Positions 30,734-38,114 of a stretch of DNA of 64,000 nucleotides are shown here, in pieces. This DNA comes from a virus. Taxonomy: Duplodnaviria > Caudoviricetes. The notes beneath the pieces were generated by a model that saw nothing but the letters and a program-made list of their open reading frames with translations, was not told where the DNA came from and ran no database searches. Position 1 is the first letter of the stretch, and the number at the start of each line of letters is the position of its first letter. The translations under genes were made by a program, and so were the position numbers. Location of the stretch: positions 13,908-77,907 of the IMG/VR virus record IMGVR_UViG_3300012933_000171; one strand, given 5' to 3'.

Positions 30734-31042
30734 ATGAGTAACGAAACAGCTAAATTTATCAACAGCCAACGCCGTCACAAAACGGACGTTCACATTGCTA
30801 GACAAGTGAAGATTGCCAGACAAAGTTTGTCACATGACACTTCTAAAGTTGCTAGACAACCACACCGTTTAGCAAAACGACATGCTATGGATTGCGGTAA
30901 TCCAAAGTGCTATCTATGTGGTAACCCACGCAAAACTCACAAAGACAAATTAACAGCGCAAGAAAAACGTTTGTACCAAGATGTAGATAAGACTACTGAT
31001 AGACATTCAAACGGACTTCCGTCAACAGACATTGATGAATAA
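30734..31042 (+). CDS. Basic hypothetical protein with CxxxxCxxC
   Basis: 102 aa, CGNPKCYLCGNPR; TTGCAC-16-TATACT just upstream. Confidence 0.65.
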   Translation: MSNETAKFINSQRRHKTDVHIARQVKIARQSLSHDTSKVARQPHRLAKRHAMDCGNPKCYLCGNPRKTHKDKLTAQEKRLYQDVDKTTDRHSNGLPSTDIDE

Positions 31043-31045
31043 TTT

Positions 31046-31068
31046 AGGGCACATAGGTGCCCTTTTTT
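31046..31068 (+). terminator. Intrinsic terminator
   Basis: AGGGCAC-ATAG-GTGCCCT followed by a T run. Confidence 0.8.
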
Positions 31069-31069
31069 G

Positions 31070-31098
31070 TTGCATAACCTAATATATACGTATATAAT
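31070..31098 (+). promoter_or_regulatory. Sigma70-like promoter
   Basis: TTGCAT-17-TATAAT. Confidence 0.6.
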
Positions 31099-31167
31099 GT
31101 ATCTCATAGAGCACTAAGTAAATGTTCTGAGTGCTCTACTCAAGTGCTCTAGTATAGAAAGAAGGAA

Positions 31168-31533
31168 ATGTCAAATTTAGGTTGTTTTACTTGTTTAAGT
31201 TGTGGAAAAGTTAATCCTATCAAAGGTCACTCATACACTAACAAGTACTGTAATAATAGTTGCCAACAAGAACACCAACGCAGAAACAAGGCGTTTGAGA
31301 ATGTTCAGAAATGGAAAGAATCAGCTACGCCACAAGCGTGGGCAAAGATTCCCGAGTGGGTAAGACAGTACTTGATTAATCAAAGAGAACATCGTTGCCA
31401 GGAATGTGATAACACACATCATAACGGTCTAGCTATCCCATTAGATGTAATCTATAAAGATGGTGACAGTTACAACAACAAAGAAGATAATCTAATGTTG
31501 ATATGCCCTAATTGCAAGTCACAAAGAAAATAA
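31168..31533 (+). CDS. HNH-family zinc-binding endonuclease, possibly degenerate
   Basis: CxxC pairs; CQEC...DG...NN..DNL.LICPNC. The usual HH/HID His appears replaced (LDVIYKDG). Confidence 0.7.
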   Translation: MSNLGCFTCLSCGKVNPIKGHSYTNKYCNNSCQQEHQRRNKAFENVQKWKESATPQAWAKIPEWVRQYLINQREHRCQECDNTHHNGLAIPLDVIYKDGDSYNNKEDNLMLICPNCKSQRK

Positions 31534-31557
31534 TTCATTAACATAAAGGAAATTAAA

Positions 31558-32103
31558 ATGAAAACAATCGGCGATAAAATCACAAGTTTTGCAGTCACAG
31601 GCGTTAAGCCAGGCGCACTCACACCAGATGGCGCATTCGAAACAATTACTGAAAAGAGTTTTGAAGGCAAGTGGAAAGTAATTGTTTACTACCCAAAGGA
31701 CTTCACATTCGTGTGCCCAACTGAAATCGTAGCATACGACAAATTGAATGGCGACTTCGCAGACCGCGATGCTGTTCTAATGATTGGCTCTACTGATAAT
31801 GAATTCTGTAAGTTGGCATGGCGTAATGCACATGAAGACTTGAAGAAGACTAACTCATGGTCATTCGCAGACGTGGCACGTGATGAGAACAGCTTGGCAG
31901 AACAATTGGGTATCTTCTATGGTCCAGCAGGTGCGGCACTTCGTGCAACATTCATCGTTGACCCAGACAACATCATCCAACACGTTACAGTCAACAACTT
32001 GGACGTTGGTCGTAACCCAGACGAAGCATTGCGTGTACTTGACGCATTGCAAACTGGCGAGTTGTGCCCATGCTCACGCCCAATCGGTGGAGAAACATTG
32101 TAA
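31558..32103 (+). CDS. ahpC: Peroxiredoxin (alkyl hydroperoxide reductase C)
   Basis: YPKDFTFVCPTE, GRNPDE and ELCP motifs. Confidence 0.95.
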   Translation: MKTIGDKITSFAVTGVKPGALTPDGAFETITEKSFEGKWKVIVYYPKDFTFVCPTEIVAYDKLNGDFADRDAVLMIGSTDNEFCKLAWRNAHEDLKKTNSWSFADVARDENSLAEQLGIFYGPAGAALRATFIVDPDNIIQHVTVNNLDVGRNPDEALRVLDALQTGELCPCSRPIGGETL

Positions 32104-32621
32104 TGACTGCTTGGGTAGACGCACTTAAAGAGTCTAGTATTCCTGACTATGCTAAGGATACTAAACTAAACATTGACGCTGTAATTAAGCGTAGTACTCT
32201 ACCTGTTGAAGAAGCGGAAGCTGTTGCCCTCGCGGCAGCTTTTGCTACTGGCAACAGTAAGTTGTGGACTTGGATGGAAAGTCAAATTGAAAACAAGACT
32301 GAAACACAAGCCGCATTAACAGCAGGTGCATTGATGGCACAAAACAACATGTGGTATCCATTTGTTGAAATGGCTGACGATGAGAACTTGAAGGGCTTGC
32401 CCGCACAACTTCGCATGAACGCTATCACAACAAGCGGTGGCACAACTAAAGAACGATTTGAAGCATATTCATTGGCTGCAAGTATCGTTGGTAAGTGTCA
32501 CTTCTGTGTGAAAGCACACTACGAAGGATTGAAGAAGATGGGCTACACTGTAGAACAACTTCGTGATATCGGTCGCATTGCAAGTGTCATTAATTCAGTA
32601 GCAAAAGTGGTAGCAAACTAA
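32103..32621 (+). CDS. ahpD: Alkylhydroperoxidase D
   Basis: IPDYAKDTKLN, MAQNN.WY and SIVGKCHFCVKAH motifs; start reassigned to the TAATG-coupled ATG at 32103. Confidence 0.92.
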   Translation: MTAWVDALKESSIPDYAKDTKLNIDAVIKRSTLPVEEAEAVALAAAFATGNSKLWTWMESQIENKTETQAALTAGALMAQNNMWYPFVEMADDENLKGLPAQLRMNAITTSGGTTKERFEAYSLAASIVGKCHFCVKAHYEGLKKMGYTVEQLRDIGRIASVINSVAKVVAN

Positions 32622-32622
32622 A

Positions 32623-33015
32623 ATGGCAAACATGGCAGAGTACTTTGAAAAGAATCGTTATCATGGCTCATATGAGTTCGGTGAACGAGTTTTCGGTTAT
32701 TACAATAAGATTCCTTTCATTGGCTCTGTCGGTAGTGACAGTGTAAGGAGTATGGATGAAGGTCCTATCATCACTGTCACACTTGATTTGCCCATTAGTG
32801 TTGATGGACAATCAAAAAATGTTATAATTGTAAAACACAAAGACATTAAATCTTTGTTGAGAGATTACGATGCGTCGGGAGTTCCAAAGGCCGGAGCGAC
32901 TGATTCTAAACCAGTAGGTAGTGGGTTCAATTCCCATCCGACGCACCAAGAACAACCAAAGTCTAATAGTAAATCACTGTTAGAAAACTTAAAGAAACTT
33001 AAAGGTAAAAAATAA
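32623..33015 (+). CDS. Hypothetical protein whose 3' part overlaps a tRNA gene
   Basis: 130-aa ORF; its stop overlaps the next ATG. Confidence 0.6.
   Translation: MANMAEYFEKNRYHGSYEFGERVFGYYNKIPFIGSVGSDSVRSMDEGPIITVTLDLPISVDGQSKNVIIVKHKDIKSLLRDYDASGVPKAGATDSKPVGSGFNSHPTHQEQPKSNSKSLLENLKKLKGKK
32801..32828 (+). promoter_or_regulatory. Putative internal sigma70 promoter for the tRNA
   Basis: TTGATG-16-TATAAT with extended -10 (TGtTATAAT), 43 nt upstream of the tRNA 5' end. Confidence 0.5.
32872..32948 (+). tRNA. Amber suppressor tRNA (anticodon CUA)
   Basis: Acceptor GCGTCGG/CCGACGC, discriminator A, encoded CCA. D-stem GTTC/GAGC. Anticodon arm ACTGA-TT CTA AA-CCAGT. T-arm GTGGG-TTCAATT-CCCAT. 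Confidence 0.85.
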
Positions 33016-33260
33016 TGGATATGGATAATGCGGCAGTTTTCTTAGCCGGTACAATCTTATATGCTATTGGTTTGATTGTGATTCTAGCAGCCACTATCTT
33101 CGCAAACAACTTGATTCACAAATATTGGAAATCATTTGGCTGGTCATGGTTCCCTGCATTCTTGCAACACGATGCACCGAGATTCATGTCACCGGAAGAA
33201 GCTGCAAAGATTGACCCATCGGTAGATCCAATCAGCGGTGAAAAGCATAAACCAAAATGA
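33015..33260 (+). CDS. Membrane protein with an N-terminal TM helix
   Basis: 81 aa with a hydrophobic N-terminal segment. Confidence 0.65.
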   Translation: MDMDNAAVFLAGTILYAIGLIVILAATIFANNLIHKYWKSFGWSWFPAFLQHDAPRFMSPEEAAKIDPSVDPISGEKHKPK

Positions 33261-33281
33261 TTTGTACGGGGCACATGCCCC

Positions 33282-33289
33282 TATAAATA
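33282..33289 (+). promoter_or_regulatory. T4-type late promoter TATAAATA
   Basis: Exact T4 late consensus, preceded by a GGGGCA-CA-TGCCCC inverted repeat. Confidence 0.65.
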
Positions 33290-33316
33290 CAATGTCATAA
33301 CTTAAGGAGAACCAAA

Positions 33317-33892
33317 ATGACACAACAATAGATTGAATACGCATGTAAAGATGTAGTGTTCCACTTTAACAAGGCACACTTACAAGACGAGACCATTCCA
33401 ATGTGGGTCTTAAAATCACATGGAGAAACCTTTTATGTTAATCATGTGGAATGCAATGTTCCGTGGAGTACGAAAGAGACCCCTGATAACCCAAGTACAA
33501 AAGGTAGCATCAAAGTCAAGAATGTATTATTGACGATTGATCCAGACAACAACGCAAACTTAACCAAGCTAACTGTTTTTGATAAAGTACGATTACGCAA
33601 CCAGAAGATGGGCATTACTCGTATTATGTTCTTGCCTAACTCTGACATTCACACTGCATTATTAGAAGACAAACTAAAGCATGGACCAATGAAACGAATT
33701 ACTGCACCTTGTACTACAGCATACATTGTGTGTGACTTGCTTGATAAAGCAGAGGCTACATTCGCTACATTGAAGTATGACACTTTCAGAGTACTACAAC
33801 CTAACGATAGCTACTACCAACGATATGACGAAGACAAAGACCACATCAGTCCTGACTACTCGGATAAAGACACCCCGTATGAGTACAGTTAA
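33317..33892 (+). CDS. Hypothetical protein with in-frame TAG at codon 5 (MTQQ*IEYACKDVVFHFNK...), 191 aa if read through
   Basis: AAGGAGA RBS (33304-33310), ATG at 33317, TAG at 33329-33331, in frame with the track ORF 33356..33892. Confidence 0.75.
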
Positions 33893-34088
33893 CCTATTTG
33901 TTAAGGGTAATGACTTTAACGAAGTCTTTAAACATGTCACTATGAGCGGGGTAAAGTATTACCCTGTTCGTAGATGGAGTACGCTAGTACCAGTCTATAC
34001 GTTCGGGTACAAAATTGAATTGGAAAAGGATCATCCGGTCGTTACCCTTTTGTTGCTCAAATATGACCTAAAAGTTTTAGATTACTAA
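33879..34088 (+). CDS. Hypothetical protein (MSTVNLFVKG...)
   Basis: Start reassigned to the ATG overlapping the upstream gene end. Confidence 0.5.
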   Translation: MSTVNLFVKGNDFNEVFKHVTMSGVKYYPVRRWSTLVPVYTFGYKIELEKDHPVVTLLLLKYDLKVLDY

Positions 34089-34183
34089 GGCTTGTGTTAT
34101 AATAAATACATTGCTAGATAGGCTAGCAGTTCTAACACTCTTTAAACAACATGACCTTAGAGTGTGGTCAGTAAAAGGAAATT

Positions 34184-34987
34184 ATGATGTACGCAAACAA
34201 GCTCGTGGCGAGCCTAAAAGCCAATGGTAAAATTCTCCGCGAATTTAAAGACAATGTTTATATTCCCTTCGGCAGCGAATATAGCTTCTTACTAAAAAAC
34301 CTCAACACAAAACGAGCATTAGTCAATGTATTCATTGACGGTGAAGACATGACACCCGGTGGTCTTGTTATCAATGCAGGTCAAGAGATTGACTTGGAAC
34401 GCTCAATCAAAAACGGCAATCTACGTGAAGGCAACAAGTTCAAGTTCATTGAACGTACCGGTGCAGTAGAGAAGCATCGCGGTATCAAACTAGAAGATGG
34501 ATTGATTCGTATTGAGTTTCAGTTTGAATTGAATCACCCAATGCAATCGTTCTTTGACAACAATGCTAATAATTGGTCAAAGAGTACTATGCGTGGATTC
34601 AGTGATATCACTTACGCAGCACCACAGGGCACTGGTTCAGCATGGTATGCTACTACAAATGCTACTGACGCTCGTTGGATTGGTGCTAGTGGATCAACTT
34701 CTATGAACATTTCTGCACAAGCACAATCAATGCCAGCTAACGATGTTGGTATCACTGTAGCAGGTAGCAAGAGCACACAGTCATTCACTACAACTACAAT
34801 GGGTGTGATGGAAGCCGAGAAGCATTCTATCATCTTTATGTTGTTGGGCGAGACCGAAGACAACAAGCCTGTGTTAGAACCAGTCAACGTCAAGATGAAG
34901 CCAAAGTGTACTAGTTGTGGTAAGCAAAACAAAGCAACTGCAAAGTATTGCTCGGAATGTGGAACACATTTAGAACTATTTGCTTAA
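34184..34987 (+). CDS. Hypothetical protein with C-terminal zinc ribbon
   Basis: CTSCG...CSECG; AAAGGA RBS. Confidence 0.7.
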   Translation: MMYANKLVASLKANGKILREFKDNVYIPFGSEYSFLLKNLNTKRALVNVFIDGEDMTPGGLVINAGQEIDLERSIKNGNLREGNKFKFIERTGAVEKHRGIKLEDGLIRIEFQFELNHPMQSFFDNNANNWSKSTMRGFSDITYAAPQGTGSAWYATTNATDARWIGASGSTSMNISAQAQSMPANDVGITVAGSKSTQSFTTTTMGVMEAEKHSIIFMLLGETEDNKPVLEPVNVKMKPKCTSCGKQNKATAKYCSECGTHLELFA

Positions 34988-35016
34988 TTGACTTTTACCC
35001 TAAGTTGTGATATACT
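34988..35016 (+). promoter_or_regulatory. Sigma70-like promoter overlapped by a 10-bp inverted repeat
   Basis: TTGACT-17-TATACT. Confidence 0.7.
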
Positions 35017-35022
35017 TAGGGT

Positions 35023-35277
35023 ATGCAAATACAAACTTCTCTTGACTGGCAAGCTGTTCACGCTGAATTAAGAACTCAGATTGGACAGCTTCCTTATAAT
35101 CCCGATTTGCGTAGAATGTTGAACAACATTAGTAACATGGTGTCTGAGTTAAGTCAAGCAGAAGTTGAATCAAGGCGTATCAATAAGCCAGAGTACAATA
35201 AACTAAAGGTCGATAGTATTAATAAAGCTATCGACCACTTAGAGAAACTTTTGCTTATCGCAAAGTTAATGAGTTAA
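35023..35277 (+). CDS. Helical hypothetical protein
   Basis: 84 aa, directly after the promoter. Confidence 0.6.
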   Translation: MQIQTSLDWQAVHAELRTQIGQLPYNPDLRRMLNNISNMVSELSQAEVESRRINKPEYNKLKVDSINKAIDHLEKLLLIAKLMS

Positions 35278-35504
35278 CTTATAATTACTTTGCGAACTGT
35301 TGGTGCAGAGAACGGAGTTACTACTGTTGTCTCAATATAGGATATTAAGTTATTAGGTGGAGTAGATACCACCTTAGTCACTACAGTAAGCGGCTGCAAG
35401 TTAATATCAGTAGCAGGTGACTTGTCACTGATAATTATTTTATTTACTACTTGTGTAGCTGTATAACTTGCATCCAATGCAGTTCCGCATGTTATTGTTG
35501 CCAT
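35274..35504 (-). CDS. Small MATIT-type protein (copy 2)
   Basis: N-terminus matches 37913..38113. Confidence 0.55.
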   Translation of the reverse strand: MATITCGTALDASYTATQVVNKIIISDKSPATDINLQPLTVVTKVVSTPPNNLISYIETTVVTPFSAPTVRKVIIS

Positions 35505-35506
35505 AG

Positions 35507-36703
35507 TTATTTCTTAGGTACACCTAATCCTATTCTATATGATGCTGAAATTGCGATTGAGTTTATCGGCCAAAGTGAATATGTTATTCCATCAACTGTA
35601 TACTCATCTCCCGGAGTGTAGTCACCGTTGAAAAGAAACACACCGGATCTATCAGAAATGCTACCACCCATTGCAAGATAATAGTCATGTATCCACCCTA
35701 GTGGGTAATGTAAATAAGTTGTACCGGTTAATGTTTTATTTGGTACTTTTTCATTGACGGTATTGCTTAGTAATTTGTTAAAAACGATTGCGTAATCAGA
35801 ACCATCTTGAACAGTACTATTATATAGACCCGCTCTGCCGTCACATGACGATATACCACTAACTGTGTGAGCTACTTGAACATTATTAGTTATAGGCCAA
35901 GAAAAAACATTTGAGCTATTTTGATTGACGATAAAGTTTAAAACTTTAAACGGAACTACGCTACTAGAATTAGTAGCAACGAATCCTGGATTCTTATTAG
36001 CAGCAAAGTCGGTAGAGTCTAGAGAACTATTAGCTGAATCTCTTGCGGGGTTAGGGTAGATAACCGGAAACACCCCATTATCCATTGTGTTGATATAATC
36101 ATATCTAGTATATTGACTGATGATATACGGACCTAATGCTGATGTACCTGAACCCCAACCAGTTGGGGAAAGTGCCGTGTTATACGACCATACTATGCAG
36201 TCATTTGTAATATACGCCCACACAGAATATACGTCAGTATCAGCGTGTGCATTTGCATTTGTATCTGAAGTTCCTGAAGTCGAAAGTATGCTTAACCCTG
36301 AAGCTGAAAAATCAGTTAGGGATAACTGAGTTGATGACATAGTACCACCGGTTAATGCAGTACCTACACTAAATCCAGCCATAGAACTCCCTGTAGTAAT
36401 ATGACCTACTTGTGCATAAAACGGTGTGCTAGGGCTATCATACACTGAAAATTGAAATGTGCTTTTCCACACATCATCACTCATCGAAAAATGCGAAGTA
36501 ACGTTGGAGTCTGCGGCAGTCCTGACAATCTCACTAGTTGCTGTTTCAAGATTTGCAGTCAACGCCGAGTTGTAATTTGCACTTGTTGCTCTTGCCATTA
36601 ATGAAGTAATGTCAGTGACACTTGGAGTATTCACGATATCAGTTATGATTCTCCAAAATGTTTGCATTGGCTTCGCTGATGTGTAATTTAATTTTATAAA
36701 CAT
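35507..36703 (-). CDS. ~400-aa putative virion protein, paralog 4
   Basis: Shares MFxKL, GP..SQY, LFNGDYTPGDE and VPK motifs with three neighbours. Confidence 0.7.
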   Translation of the reverse strand: MFIKLNYTSAKPMQTFWRIITDIVNTPSVTDITSLMARATSANYNSALTANLETATSEIVRTAADSNVTSHFSMSDDVWKSTFQFSVYDSPSTPFYAQVGHITTGSSMAGFSVGTALTGGTMSSTQLSLTDFSASGLSILSTSGTSDTNANAHADTDVYSVWAYITNDCIVWSYNTALSPTGWGSGTSALGPYIISQYTRYDYINTMDNGVFPVIYPNPARDSANSSLDSTDFAANKNPGFVATNSSSVVPFKVLNFIVNQNSSNVFSWPITNNVQVAHTVSGISSCDGRAGLYNSTVQDGSDYAIVFNKLLSNTVNEKVPNKTLTGTTYLHYPLGWIHDYYLAMGGSISDRSGVFLFNGDYTPGDEYTVDGITYSLWPINSIAISASYRIGLGVPKK

Positions 36704-36705
36704 AG

Positions 36706-37896
36706 TTATTCCTTAGGGACCGCAATACCTAAACGATAAGTTGTAGGGTCAAAACCGAATGGCATGATAATAAAGGTCCTGTTACCGTCGGTGATTTCAT
36801 CTCCTGGAGTATAATCGCCGTTGAATAAGTAAATATCGCTTACCGCAGAGATATCACCTCCCATAATATTAAACATTGAGTTTTTAAATGTTATTGGATA
36901 GAGTGCATAACCTTTGTTCAACAAATTTGGATGGGGAACTCGATGTTGAGTAGTAGTTGATGCAAATGCTCCAGTTGAAGTACTACTAGATGAGGTACTC
37001 AATACGCTACTAAATAATGCCCTGGCACAAGAATTTCTAGGCCCGATGCCTATGGTTGCACGAACTCCGGATGTTACTGCCCAAGGACCAGTGCTAGTTG
37101 ATGGGCCCGAGTTAGTAATTGCATGTGCCATTCTGAATGGAGTTTGATTCAGTGTTGTACTGATAGGGTTACATACGTTGTTAAATATTGCGACATCATT
37201 GAATAAATTCCTAGACACACCGTATGTAGTGACCGCAGGGAACATACCATTATCAAGGGTGTTCCAATAATCGTAGGGTTTATATTGTGCCATCATATGA
37301 GGACCAGACCAAGTTGATACGTTATACGCAGTTGGAAAGCCTGATGCAGTTGCAGTACCTAATGACATCCAAACCATAACGCAATTGTTATTCACATATG
37401 CGAAAAACGAATTAAAAGTATCAGCGGTTGATGCAATTCCCAGAAATCCAATTTCATCAGTCATTGATAGCCCAGTACCTGTCGCTGTCGTGTTCGACCA
37501 TCCCGTAGCAGTAAACCCGTACTGTGCGCTTGCCATTGTACCACCGGTTAATGTTTTGCCACTAGTAAAATTTGATGCGGAAGTATTTTGAAATCGAAGA
37601 TAATGTTTTACTGCATTGTTTGTGTAAGCACCCATTTCAATCGTCAGGTTAGCACTATATGCAGTTGAAGTTTTTGCAATGTGGGCTTTGATATTTGATG
37701 TGTCGTTTGTGCGATATAATTCACATGCTGGTAAATTGATTAAGTTTAAAATCTCACTATTGGTACTTATTGCAGCTCTCAGCCCAGCAGAATCTGTTAT
37801 AGATGGCGATGATAGAATGTGAGCTAGTATTCTGTGACCGACGTAACCGCCCGCAGCAGCATTTGGTGAACTCTTGTATACTATTTTTAAAAACAT
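36706..37896 (-). CDS. ~400-aa putative virion protein, paralog 3
   Basis: Same motifs; TAAATA 4 nt before the ATG. Confidence 0.7.
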   Translation of the reverse strand: MFLKIVYKSSPNAAAGGYVGHRILAHILSSPSITDSAGLRAAISTNSEILNLINLPACELYRTNDTSNIKAHIAKTSTAYSANLTIEMGAYTNNAVKHYLRFQNTSASNFTSGKTLTGGTMASAQYGFTATGWSNTTATGTGLSMTDEIGFLGIASTADTFNSFFAYVNNNCVMVWMSLGTATASGFPTAYNVSTWSGPHMMAQYKPYDYWNTLDNGMFPAVTTYGVSRNLFNDVAIFNNVCNPISTTLNQTPFRMAHAITNSGPSTSTGPWAVTSGVRATIGIGPRNSCARALFSSVLSTSSSSTSTGAFASTTTQHRVPHPNLLNKGYALYPITFKNSMFNIMGGDISAVSDIYLFNGDYTPGDEITDGNRTFIIMPFGFDPTTYRLGIAVPKE

Positions 37897-37912
37897 ATTG
37901 TATTTATCCTTT

Positions 37913-38113
37913 TCATCCCCAGGCTCTATTGCGCTTCAACACATCGCTCGGTGGCACGGTCGATATTACTGCTAGTTTAACTGCTAGCGGAGGATTTTTT
38001 GTATTAACTGAAGCAGTCAATGATGAGGTTGCAGTGGGGTAAATTTCTTTAATTTTCTGAATACCCTGCACGATGTCAGGACCTGCATTCACTACAGTTG
38101 TGATAGTAGCCAT
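37913..38113 (-). CDS. Small MATIT-type protein (copy 1)
   Basis: Coupled to the upstream paralog stop. Confidence 0.55.
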   Translation of the reverse strand: MATITTVVNAGPDIVQGIQKIKEIYPTATSSLTASVNTKNPPLAVKLAVISTVPPSDVLKRNRAWG

Positions 38114-38114
38114 A

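Noticed and set aside
31107-31138. CIRCE (HrcA) operator
   Set aside because: The arms and spacing differ from TTAGCACTC-N9-GAGTGCTAA, and no chaperone gene follows.
32872-32948. Reading the tRNA as Arg(UCU) or as tRNA-Pyl
   Set aside because: Centring TCT breaks the anticodon stem, whereas ACTG/CAGT pairing centres CTA. It has A73 and a standard D-arm and variable loop, unlike tRNA-Pyl, and no pyl genes are in the window.
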